Positions 25,880-37,774 of a DNA stretch of 64,000 bases are shown in pieces. Each line of letters opens with the position of its first letter. Positions within the stretch are counted from its first letter, which is position 1. Made by a program: the position numbers and the translations under genes. Origin of the DNA: Takakia lepidozioides. Lineage: Eukaryota; Plantae; Bryophyta. Below the pieces are notes generated by a model that saw nothing but the letters and a program-made list of their open reading frames with translations, did not search any database and had not been told where the DNA came from. The DNA lies in contig CM060733.1 of assembly GCA_030704615.1 (NCBI GenBank), positions 22,940,001-23,004,000 of the forward strand, in the 5' to 3' direction.

Positions 25880-26581
25880 TTATTTGCCTTTGATAAAGTT
25901 GTCAAAGACTTTTCGGTCATTTGCATCAAGAACATATGTGTTTGACTTGACATTGTACTTTAAACATGCTAACGCGATAATGGAATCCAAATCAACCATC
26001 ATGTTATCCGTCAAATCGTACGTATAGACCCCTCCTCGAATTTTTTGGTACCATGCTAACCCAATCTCCATATGAGAAGGACGCTCCAATAAATCAACAG
26101 AATCCCTACATTCTACAAACCGCTTATTGATTTTCTTCCGCATTCTTTGAACCCTGCCCAAATACCAAGTGCCTTTGGTTGCTCCTATGCAGGTTTTCCC
26201 TGGTCTACCTTTCCTGTTTGTAGTTTGGATCGCAGTCTCCCCATCAACAAAAAATACAGCACAATCCGAACCCAATCCCAAGCTCGTGGCTTTGTTGTTG
26301 GTAGTTGGTTTGTTTTCTCGGCAAAACAACATCGATGCACTTCTTACTCGTGTCAATCTATCCTTGGATAGAGTAGGGTTGCCATTGAGTTGGCTAACCA
26401 AAGTGCTTTTGAATATGGTCTTCCCATCTACTTTGACAAATGGAACCACTGCCTTCGATCCATCTTTCTCTTGTTCAAACTCATCAATGACAGCATCCAG
26501 AGTATGTCTCAATTCACTTTGAACAAGTACCTCTTCCGCATGATCATCCAAAGGTTGGCTCAAAACATCCTCCATTGAATT
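25880..26581 (-). CDS. 3' part of an unidentified ORF, probably from another DNA transposon, truncated by the MULE-like insertion
   Basis: Open frame of ~233 codons running up to the MULE terminus at 26582. It is followed by an AT-rich 3' region with repeated CCCC(T)CTGTA motifs (25618-25760) that abuts the cut CACTA transposase. Confidence 0.5.
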   Translation of the reverse strand, partial: NSMEDVLSQPLDDHAEEVLVQSELRHTLDAVIDEFEQEKDGSKAVVPFVKVDGKTIFKSTLVSQLNGNPTLSKDRLTRVRSASMLFCRENKPTTNNKATSLGLGSDCAVFFVDGETAIQTTNRKGRPGKTCIGATKGTWYLGRVQRMRKKINKRFVECRDSVDLLERPSHMEIGLAWYQKIRGGVYTYDLTDNMMVDLDSIIALACLKYNVKSNTYVLDANDRKVFDNFIKGK

Positions 26582-26745
26582 GAGGTTTACTATTTCATGA
26601 GCGCATGAGCCCATGAGCCTATGAGCCTATGAGCTCATGAGCGGGCATCCGTGGAATTGGAATTTTCCTGCCTTTATTGACGGTGTTATGTCCTCTTACC
26701 TCGGTAATAGGGTCTGTTTCTCCTGGTCCAGGATGCGGAATGAGG

Positions 26746-27026
26746 AATTTCGGCGCCGTTATTCCCAAGAGCAGTGTGCTAAAATGGTGTTTTGAAGACA
26801 TCCACCGGGGTATTTCGGCACCGAAATTACCTCTTAAAATGTGATATAGTGCGGTATTTAAAGGCGCAGAACGGGCAATTTCGGCGCCGAAATACCCAAG
26901 TGGAATGTGGTGAAGTGCCTTGTGCTGAAGGCTTCCATCGCAATATTTTGGTGCAGTAATTCATCCGTGGAATTTTTGAGGCCCATATAACGAAGGTGCA
27001 AACTGGGCTATTTCGGCGCCAAATTT
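26746..27026. repeat. Left subterminal palindrome cluster (copy 2)
   Basis: Motif copies at ~26746, 26812, 26877 and 27010. Confidence 0.9.
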
Positions 27027-27272
27027 CCCAATAAGAATGTTAGAAACGGCAGGGTTTTCATGGCTTCAAGTTCCCGGCTCGATGGTGTGCATAAATTACT
27101 TGTAGGGTTCTTCACTGAAGTTTGCGTCTCTTCTGCTTTTATTATAGATTTTGGTTGGCGGAAGAAATGTAGGGAATGGACAAGCAGTCTGAACACAATG
27201 ATTTTTCAAATCGTCAATATTTTCATTAAGTGTTTCAAAACTGTACAACAAAAGGATCCAAATGAGACTTTG

Positions 27273-30200
27273 CTATGGTGAGGATCCGCTATCACTGTCC
27301 GATGCATCCCTGCCCTCATGCAAGGATGGCTGCCTTCCACCTGCCTCCGAACCTGCACTGCCGCTACCGCTGTTACTCTGAGAAGCCCTCCCCTCAAAAA
27401 TACCATCCTCACCAGCCGGAACTGTCCACCTGGGTGCGGAAGTGTCCTCAACATTCCCCTCGCTCTCGGACGCGGATTCTATTACGAACTTCCCTACTCT
27501 GCCTTTCACAATTCTATGTTTGGCCTCACGCCTCATTATAATTCTCTGCTCATTCCCGTATGTCAATTGCTCTAACCGAGTAGGCCTATCCTCCCTCCTG
27601 ATGGCTTCTTTGGCAGCCGTGTCTGCATAGGCTGGTAGGAAAAAGGGCTTCTGGGGACTCGCGAGAAACGATTTTCTGGCAAAGAATGGCCGATGCGATT
27701 CTGTCTCCTCCTCTGCAACAGGGTCCGATTCGAGCAAGTCTCCCAGCTTCTCCTCGTCGGACGACTCTGCAAGGCTGAGTGTACGCACAAACATAGAATG
27801 AAGTACATTAGAGAATTCAAACAGGGAATCATCGGCAGGTTGCATGGTCCCTACAACCAAAACCAATACACTTACTATGGTGCAACTCACTCGAAGACAG
27901 GCATTGGGGGAAGCGGCTTCGGGCGCCCCTGCATCGAACGAATTTCTCGGACTTCCTCCTCTTCATCTTCCTCCTCTCCTTCCACGTCCTCTTCTGCGTT
28001 TTTGGGATCCTCAGTCGGAGGCAGACGTTGAAGGCCCGCCAAATTGTAATCGTACATCCGTACACGTTTCCATGAGCGTCTGGATGAATGCAGGACTCCT
28101 GGTCCTGCCATACCTCCATGGCTTGCCCGACAAATCACAAAGAATGTCCTTCTCTCCCACATGGTTGAACAGGACGTTATACTCCAGTGGATCAACTGTG
28201 GAATCAACAAGTCTTCCTGCTTCACGTAATTTGAATTTCGAATGTTCCTTCACGAAGCAAAATGCCTGAAAGATAAGAGTCTGCAGAGAAGGAAATGAAA
28301 ACGTCAGAGGTGGCCTACACGTACAGGGGCAATTTCGGCGCAGAAATTGACATAGCAGAGGAGAACCACAGCATACCTTCTGGCCATCGTTGAGAAGACC
28401 CTGCGTGTTGATGCAAGTCCAGATCTTTTTCAGGATGGGTGCTGCACTTCTCCCCGTCCATACTTTGATATCATTCTCAGTGACTTCTCCATCGGCTGCT
28501 AGCACAACAACACAGCAAACGTCGTCCAACATGTTGGCTGCGAACCCGAATGTGTGGCTCCAGTATCTTTCGTCGTACTTGTTCCACCAGGGAACTGAGC
28601 CCAGCCCCAGTATCTCCTGCCCATCCGGGATATCCACAAGGATCATGTCGATGGAGGCTTTCACCGCCCTGCCCCCGACTGTGCTCTTTTTGCCGTGGCT
28701 CATCGCCACAAAATACTCCATCATCTTTGTGTAGCCAGGAGTGTCCTCCATATCATTGCCAGTGGCCTTCCTCTTCCCCTTCCCCTGGTGGGCCTCGATC
28801 GCCTTCCTCAATCTCGTTATCTCCAGCCTTCTGGTCAGAGCAGTTAGGAAATTTTCATTAACACACTCCACAATTGTGGGTGTTTTGAGGACTTCCCTGC
28901 CCGCAATGTGCACCGCACGGTAGGGTCTGCCAGGTGCATCCTCGTATAGTGATCTCTTCGCAGCCGACCCCCCGGAGCGCTGGCCCTTGTGAATTTTCGG
29001 ACGAGGTGTGGCCCCCTGGGTGTTTTCCTGCTGGAAATCGTCGTCGGAATCCTCCTCATCTGGCTGACTGTGTTGCTGCTTCTTCTTCTTGGGTGTGGGG
29101 GTCTTCGTCTCTTGCCCCTGTTTGCGCGTTCTTTTCTTCCTGTCCTTGGGCTGCTCAGCTGCCTGCTTCTCCATCTGCTCCTTCGCCAACGCTGCCGCCT
29201 TGGCTGACTTTCTCAGTGCTTTCTGCTTGGCTGCCTCCTCTGCTTTCAGTCTTTCCGCGTCCTCTGGTTGGGGATCCGATTGCGCCTTCATAGCCCTGGC
29301 ATTCGCTTCCTTCTTCAAGTTAACCTCCGAGAGGTCAACGGTCCCACTTGGGAGATCCACATACCAGGGGCAGTCTACCAAATGCTCGGCATGCCACTCC
29401 TTCGCCATTACTTCTGTGTACATCGTTCCACGACCTCCAGGTGTCCTCCACGCCAGGAAGAATGGTGGAACCCTTTGAATGGCTCCGGACGGAATGAGTG
29501 CAAAGTTTATGTACCTGCAATCACGAGGCAGTTCAACAAAAATCATTCTACCGATGCATCATGCAAGTGGAAGTTGTCAATGCACAAGGTATTTCGGCAC
29601 CGAAATACGGAGTGGACCGTGCCCCAATTACCCAGAACTCACATCTTGCAGAGGTATATTTCGGCGCCGCAATATCCATCGCTGCTTAACCAAATCATCT
29701 AAACTGCAAATAGGGGGATGCATTGTCAGCAGATTACCTGAACAGGACACGCATTGCCGCTTTGTCGGCACCCTCCTGCTCTTCGATGTATACGCTGCGT
29801 CTTGCCTTTGCAATTTCTCTGAAAAAGAGGTTTGCGAAGCGCCCTCGCCACGACTGCACGTAGTTCTCCATTGTCTCAGGCTTCGTCCAGTCGATCTGTA
29901 ACTTGAAAGTGGTGGTGTTGCAGTCCAATTGCTCCTGGGCGTGGGTCAGTACCTGCATCATGGCAGGTTTCCAAAACATTCATGATTTTGAAATTGCGAC
30001 GATGTCCAACACAGAATAGGAGAAAATTATACCTGATGCCACCAAGTCATGACATTGAGCCAGTCGTTCATTTTGTCGTCTGTTGGCTCGATGGGAAAGT
30101 GGTACAGCAGCTTCGTGTTTGTATGGCCGTTCCAGATTCGCAGCCACCTCGTCTGCAGCCACCTCACATCGGTCAGACAAGAACTCCAACATAAGAATCG

Positions 30201-31959
30201 CGAGAAGTCACAAAACAAGAATAAACACATGCTTACCTTCTCCGCCGGCTCAACACAGGACACTGCGATGTGATGAAGTTTCTCCATGGACATTTCCGGT
30301 TTCATGGGTCTGGAGTAATGCAGTCCTATCTCCGCCAGGAACTCGGCACCAAGACCAGGGTCAGCGATTGCAACTTGCTTAACAAGTTTGGACCTGTACT
30401 TGGTCCGGGATTGCTTCCCTGCCTGCACAATATGACTCTCTATCGACGCGTCCGCCTTGTTGGGGGCATCATTCTCAAAGAACTGCCTTTTGGCATAGGC
30501 CAAGTCATCCCTGATGTTCGTCTGCATTCCCATACCCAGCAGATACAGTCAGGCCACGGATCCCTGCAACAAATAACATTAAATTGATACTGAAATTTGA
30601 GATGAACCTCACCGAATAGAGGATCTCCACCATGGCGTCCAGTGTTGGTCGGTACCAGGTGCGATCTGCTTTCGCTAGGGACTTCCTGTACAGCTCGGGA
30701 TCGAGGGACTTTTGGAAGTCCGTCAGCGGAGCTGTCCCCACTTCTTGCACTCTGTAGAGCGTATGTGCCAGATGAGTTTCCACGAAGGCCCTCTCTGTTA
30801 CCCTGCCATGGAGAAAAAAAACAACATGAAAATATGATTTCGGCACAGCAATCCAATTTCCAGTTCATAGAGTGCATGACAGTGGTGAACATTGCCTATT
30901 TCGGCGCCGCAATAGGCAGTACACAAGGATGTAATTGTATACTTACAGATTTATATCCGCCATGGCACCCTTCAACAGTCCTCTGTCCCTGACGTCCACC
31001 TTCACGACAATGCAGTCCACCATGTAATGCCAACTGATATCTTGCGGATGCATTTCAGCAATGTACTCTGTCCAGGCAAGCATCCTGTGGTTCCCGTCCC
31101 AAACGAAGAACATCTTCCCTTCCATGTGTGCGAATGTGGGATTAGTCTTCAGATAGGCTTCAAACTCGGCATTAACAGTGTGCCAGTGGGGGCCCCAATT
31201 CTGAAGCTCCTCTGCAGTGGGGCCCCTTGTGACACCCTGGTCATTCTCAATGGAAACGTAGAATGCTGCCGACCCCCGTCTGTACCCTTCTCTGAAGTTG
31301 TGCTTCAGTCGATCGATATCCCCTGGCAGTGCTTGCCTTACAACTGGAAGGCTTACCATGCGACACAAAGGAACTTTGAGGTTCTCCGGATACACCATGG
31401 AGCCCAAAACGCGGCCTATGTTGCTATGAGTCTCTGCCAGCAACCTGTTTGCTGCTATGTTCATGTCTCGTGCGCTCATGAGCATACCCGCCACCAGTTT
31501 CTTACTTGTATCACCTCTGTCACTTCCCTCACCCCTCTCACCAGCCTGTGTACTGTCCTGGAGGTTTTGCTCCTCCGCAAGCTCCAGCAGGTTCTGATCG
31601 TCGCCAAGTCGTACCACGTTATCGTCCTCTCCTTCTGTCAGTTGAATGGGCCGCCCTTCTGCAGATCCGACTCCCACATCTCCAGCGGCCTCCACCGCAT
31701 CTGTGTTTTCTGAAATTGACTGCAAACCCAATATCTCCGCTTCCAGTCTCCCTAGGGGTTTTACTGGCGAAGCCATGGGCTCCTTCTGCTTTCTCGGCTT
31801 CCGAACTCTAGGTGGGCTTTTCGGAGGCGATATCTGAGGTGTTGAATGAGGACTCGTCTGCCTCGATGCACTTCCACCTTGTGAGCGCAGCACCCGGGCA
31901 GGAGTATCCAAAGTTGACTGTGTTGCCTCGCCCCCCTGCGATCCCTCCCCAGCTCCCAT
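27273..31959 (-). pseudogene. Multi-exon gene: ParB/Srx-like domain, helical region, basic linker, N6/N4 DNA-methyltransferase-like domain and acidic tail (~1330 aa reconstructed)
   Basis: Exons 31959-30947, 30802-30613, 30563-30237, 30152-30033, 29952-29738, 29514-28377, 28280-~27890 (exons 7/8 fused by a ~225-bp deletion) and 27774-27273. Splice sites are GT-AG and all phases are consistent once exons 7/8 are restored from copy 1. Motifs FFVWDGNHRMLAW and SIDMILVDIPDG. One in-frame TGA at ~30550. Confidence 0.78.
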
Positions 31960-32469
31960 GTCAAACAAACAGGAAAACATGAGACACTGCACGCCAAAAA
32001 AAAGGTGTAAAAGGAATATTGCGTATGGAGTGCTTCACATCCGCGAAGCACGAATCTCTCACTGGTGGGCGATCCGAGTCTCCGGATAACGAGGTCTGCA
32101 TTTCATGCATGAGACGGAGCTTAAGTCGTGTCGTCGGCGGCTTCCCAAAATCCCGCGTCCTCCTCTTTGCCGGAGTCGCCTGACCTTCCACAAACTCTAT
32201 GCTACCACTATGCCGCATAAGGAGAGGAAACGCAGGAGAACGTCACTGCAGAAGGGCAAGGAGCGAGAGAGCGAAGCGGTGGAACATGCAACCACTATGC
32301 ACGAGCAGATGCGTAAGCAGCCACGTCTCCCGAAGCGTTGCCACCGTCCAACACTTTTTGCCGTATGGGTGATGAAGAGATTGTGACCCCTGACACGTTC
32401 GCACGGATGAAGTCGACTGGAACACGACGCGTGCCAGTTCCAGCCACCAGTACAAGACGGTTTATCCGA

Positions 32470-34215
32470 ATTGCGGCACCGAAATACCTTCCGTACACCG
32501 GATGCTGTTCCCGGAGCAGCCGGCATTGAATGAAATATCCGCACATCATGAAACCCAACCGCCAAGAAAATCCCCTGCCTATGACATTCAACAGTCAGAT
32601 CGGTACGTTTCAACAGCGGACGGATGAATTTCGGCGCCGAAATTCATCCTATTCAAGTGCTTTCATACGCAAACTTACGAATTTCGGCGCCGCAATTCAT
32701 CGCTTCCGAAGTCCTCATCCGTCATGAGCAAACCTGTCAGTGGGATATCGGAGCCGGAATTAATTCCGGGACAGTGAAAACGGTTGCACTTGGGCACATT
32801 TCATCCATATTTCGGCGCCGAAATTCATTACGAATATCTCCGTCCGCGCGTAGACGAGGTGAAATCATCATTATTTCGGCGCCGAAATTCATCCAGAGCG
32901 AAGACTAAATTGGCACCATGCTACGCTTTGCCGCCATCATTGCCCCTGACGGATGCTGTCCATGCCTGTTGGACTTGCCATTTGTGGACATTTAACTATA
33001 ATTTCGGCGCCGAAATTATACTTTATGTGCGGCAACGTCCCGTGCGAAAAAGACCACTTAATGGATACTGTCGGTTTCAAATGAAAAAAACGGCTAAAAT
33101 GCAATTAATTTTGACAGAAGTGGTTTAATATGCCGATTTCTCCATTAAATGCAGAATATTCCTGTTATATTCGTCGGAACGGGGTATTTCCAACGATTTA
33201 CGGAAAATTATCATCCAAAAGCAAAAAGTAAGTGCCGGGTTTGGACGAATTTCGGCGCCGAAATTCATCCGTCGCATAGAAAATGTAATATTAGAGTTAC
33301 TCATTGCGGACAGTAAGGATGAATTTCGGCGCCGAAATTGATCCATTTCAAAGAAAAATAAATATTGGAGGGAGGGCATTGGATGAATTTCGGCGCCGAA
33401 ATCCGGCGCTCAAACCCTGAAAAGAATTTGGAGGGATGAAGTCGGCTGAATTTCGGCGCCGAAATTCATTGCTCGCGAAGAAAAAAAAAATTTCGGGAGG
33501 ACTTCGGATGAATTTCGGCGCCGAAATTCATTGCTCGCGAAGGAAAATAAAAAATTTCGGGAGAACTTGGAATGAATTTCGGCGCCGAAATTCAATGCTC
33601 GCGAAGAAAAAAAAAAATCAGGAGGATTTCGGTTGAATTTCGGCGCCGAAATTCATTGCTCGCGAAGAAAAAGGAAAATTAAAAGGGAGTACTTGGATGA
33701 GATTCGGCGCCAAAGTTCATCTGTCGCAAAGAAAAATAAAAACAGAAAGGACTTCCGATGAATTCTGGCACCGAAATCCATCCGCAGGGCAGCAGAATTA
33801 GGGTCGGAAAAGGAGATGAAGAATGAATTTCGGCGCCGAAATACATCCATTCTGCCGATTCAGGATTACTGTCATTCGGAAGTCGGCACCGATATCCGGA
33901 CACGTGGTGAATCACGACTGTAATCAGGAACACATTCATCCGTATTTTGGCATCTAAATTCAACCCATATGTGCAGATACAATTTAATGAAGAAGAAGTT
34001 CATCCGAATTTCGGCACCGAAATCCATCCGTTGGGTGCTTGGTCAGTTTAATGAGGTAAACAAATTACGATTTCTGTTGCCAGAATTCATCCCTTGGCTT
34101 CCAAAGCTGTTACATGACAGAGATGTTCATCCAGATTTCGGTGCCGAAATTCATGGGAAGGCCTGATTTATTGTACCCCAAGTGGTTGTACATTACAATT
34201 CAGGCACCAAATATC
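32470..34215. repeat. Central array of ~20 copies of the palindrome (G)AATTTCGGCGCCGAAATT(C), period ~63 bp, between the two divergent genes
   Basis: Starts at 32627, 32680, 32809, 32873, 33000, 33248, 33322, 33386, 33449, 33511, 33575, 33636, 33700, 33761, 33826, 34007 and 34134, plus degenerate copies in register. Confidence 0.95.
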
Positions 34216-34402
34216 CGATGTGAACTTGCTGTTTTCGTCCGTTTTTTTAACGTACGTTACACACCTTCATCTTTACGTGCACTGATCACCCATCCTGTTG
34301 GATACGGAATCCTCCAGAAAATCATTTGTGTTATTAGGTAGGACACACTCTTCTCATTGCAGGACTTCGCTGCGGAGCGTACCGAGAGGTCCCGTCTTCA
34401 AA

Positions 34403-37400
34403 ATGGACTCCCGTGTTTGGGTCAACGTGTACTTCCATCCTGATTCTCTGAAAGCTAAAATACCCTGCGACCAAGGATTTGCGATTGTCACTGAGCAGTA
34501 CTTGTGTGTGAAGTTCGGGCTCCGCCCTGGAACGGTGTTTTTGGAAGAGGAGACGAAGGATGCTTATGGAAATTTTCTGGAAAGTGCCGTCATTCTGCAT
34601 GCAGATTTCGGAAAAGGCAAAGAGTGGCGGCTCCCAGCTTCTGAATCCATCCAGTACAGTGCCATTGGTGAAATCGTGCCTAAAGAGTTCCCACGCTGGA
34701 ACTTGGTTGATCCTCCTTCCACAAGAGGGTCTGGCGTGCAAGATGTGAAGGATGTGGGCACCTCTTCACAAGCAGAGAAGCCCAAACATGTGAAAAGGGA
34801 AATCCAGGAAAACAGGGAAACAGTCGTCCACGACTTATCCAGTGCTATCTACGAGTTCCCTCCAGTGCCGGCAGGCGCAGGCCCAGACGACATGCTCGCA
34901 GGAATGAACAGGAAACATGACGGCCACCCTTGGTGTGTCACCAAAACTTCATCGTCCAACCTGGGTGATGGAGTGAGATATGTATTGTGTGCTGGGCATC
35001 TTAAATGTTTCTTGAGCACATGTTACCATTACACTAGCAAAGGCACCAGGAATGAGACTGACTGGATTGGCAATTCGTCGACCCCATTTTGGCCTCAAGG
35101 TAGAGTTCCTGCAGGGACGTTCAAGTGTGCCCATTGCAACGCAGCCCCTACGTGCATGGCAGTGTGCAACGCCAAGCAGTACTACGTCGGGACCGTCGGC
35201 CCAGCGTGCACCAGAGCATGCATTCACATCGGAAAGCATGAGCACCCCCTCGCCAGAGGCAATTGCAGAGTCGCTTTTCAACAAGCCCAGGATATTATCA
35301 AGGAGGAGGTGAGGTTGAGGCCGGGTGCAAAACCAAAGCAGATACAGCTCGCATCGGCACATAGGATTGCAATTGGCAGAATAATGTCGGAGGACGGAAG
35401 CACAAGAGAGAAGCTGGGCGAGGGGGACATGAAGGACCTGCTGGAAGCTGTCTCCCATGTGTGCAGCCCCAATGTCAGGAACCACATTGTCAGCTGCAAG
35501 AAACGAATCGGAAGAGGATCAGACATGCACTCCATCTTGGAAGTGAAGCGCACATGCGGCTACGACTTCATCCAAGGCAGCTTCTTTCCTGGTCAAGGCT
35601 CGGAGACGGACAGGTGCTTCATATTTAAGATGTCAACGTGCGGACCGGGGAGCGGCGTCGATTTGGTGAAGCGGATGACCAGTGGAGACCTTTCAAATTG
35701 TTGGGTCATGTTCGACCACATCCGGCGAATTACCAACCACGATTGGGTGACAATGGGGGCACATGTATACGACCCACATTGCAGAAAGTTGATGACCATT
35801 GCTATCTGCGAAATGAAGGGAGAAGACACAGATTCGGAGTTGCATATGTGGCGCGGAATTAATGAGCAAATGGCGAGAGCCAAGTTGCCCCCTCCCGATT
35901 TTAGGGGCTTCATGGCTGACAATGCCCAGGCAAACTGGGCTGCAGTTAGGAGGGTATATGGGGACGACCCAAAGACTCCAATGGAAGGAAAGGAGAGATC
36001 TTGCGGGTTCCACTTCATGCAGAATTTGACGCAAAACACGAAAAGGTTCGTGGCGTCACGCCACCGGCAGGATCATATCAGTATGTGCCTAGCGTGGAAA
36101 AATGCGAATTCCATCGACGAGGCGGAGACCGAGTTTGCAACCATACGCGCCTGGTGGGTGTCTTCAGGGGCAGTGGATGTGAAAGATCAGCCAGAACTGC
36201 AAACGTGGCTTGCGTGGTGGCATTATAGATTCCGCCAGTTTGGAGACTACATGAGACAGGTAACACATTTCTGTACTTGACAATTGTTCTGTTTTGTGCT
36301 TGGACATTCTCCACAATCAGTGACATATCTAATTTCCTTCAACAGGACATGAGCTTGGAGGATGACACGGATATGCCGACGACGAACATGGCCGAATCGG
36401 TGCACTCTTCCTGGCGTGCTTCCTCTGCAGCACATCTCGTTGACATGTTGACAGCAACAACAGAAGATATTGTGAGGGCCATCATGCAACAATCTCATTA
36501 CTACCAGTTTCTGGGAGGAAAGCAATGGGGTATCGGACCAGACAGGCAGGAGATGCTGATGAGGGCGGCGCATCGTTCGACCGATCCCAAAAAATGGACT
36601 GCTTGCATTGCGGGAAACAATAAGGTCAACGCCGTTACACAGTCGGGGGAACTGCCTGGAGGGCGATGTCCGCAGCCGGCCGGTGAAGAGAAGAATTGAG
36701 GACATGCCCGGAGGGGATGGGGATTCATGGAGATCAGATATGAACATCCGCACTCAACCTTGGGGCGCAACGATGTTGCGTCCCACGCCTCCACGAAGCA
36801 GGACTCGTACCCCCTCTCCTGCAGCATCCATGGAATCGCTGCCAGACTCGGGACAACATGCCGAGGATGGGCATGTTGCTCCTGTTTTCGTTACCCAATA
36901 CAACATTCCAATCGTGGAGCGAGATGTGTCGGCCTCGCAGTGGAGAATTGCACGGACCCGTCCGACATTTCGTGGCAAATGTTGTGCTGTTCGTGTCGAC
37001 ACCAACCAGAGATGCAATGAGATGATTCGGAGGAGCCCGCAGGGCGGTGTGCCTGCCCCTTGCTTCACAGGGAGATTTGTGTGCGCAAAGTTTGTGGAGG
37101 CCACACTGAAGGAGTTTTGGTTCTGCAGGCACGACATCATGTCGTGTGTGTTCGGCAAGCCCAAGTATGGTGTACAAGGCATGCCTGAACCACCGGCAGT
37201 CTGGCCTGTGGCAAGTGGTACAGATCTTACCCTGGAGGAGGCAGACGCTCTAGGAAGTGCAGGGTTTTGACTGGTGGAGAGGACAGACGTTCCACGAAAT
37301 CCAATTCCCAATCGTCATCCTCCTCCCACGAGAAGCTCTTCGCCCCGCATACCGGTGGGTGACCCCGCAGCTTGGCCCACCCATCGGTGGGGGAAACTGA

Positions 37401-37774
37401 AAAGACGGCGGCCACCAACAAAGGCGAACGACACCAGGATGGCCAACGCTCTTGCAATGCCCTGCATAGTGCAAGGTTGCAGGGATGTTCCTCACCCCGG
37501 GATGGGGCGCATATTTCAGTTGTCAACAGCCGGGTCTGCTGCGCGCAGTGTCGTGTATGCAATCACGGTTTCACAGTACCCAGCTTGCAACTGTGAGGAC
37601 TTCCTTGTTATGGAATCGAAGAATGCAGCATACGTCCCCTGCAAACACCTTTATTACATTTTTATGAAGCGCATGAGTTGCATATCCGCAGTGGACGTCT
37701 TCATCCATGCTCCAACACTGAGTTTCAACGAGCTGCACAAGGCCCTACGGCAGGATACTGGTCGGACTGCTTGA
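34403..37774 (+). pseudogene. MULE-type DDE transposase with GCM/WRKY-like N-terminal Zn domain and C-terminal SWIM finger
   Basis: Exon 1 34403-36259, intron 36260-36345, exon 2 from 36346. Zn domain CAGHLKC..C, CAHC..C..C, HIGKHEHP. Catalytic core WVMFD, FMADNAQA, CGFH (CxxH), TNMAESVH. SWIM CNCEDF..PCKHLYY. Frameshift near 36610-36690 and in-frame TGA at 37268. Confidence 0.88.

Noticed and set aside
27273-31959. Bacterial or phage contamination to explain the ParB/MTase motifs
   Set aside because: The gene has phase-consistent GT-AG introns, occurs in two copies and is nested among plant transposons.
32620-34215. CRISPR array (palindromic repeat with ~40-45 bp spacers)
   Set aside because: No cas genes and a eukaryotic intron-containing context. 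Several spacers are copies of each other, and the motif also occurs singly in introns.
32530-34341. Short ORFs containing NFGAEI / FRRRNS / ISAPK
   Set aside because: These are the reading frames of the DNA palindrome, not proteins.
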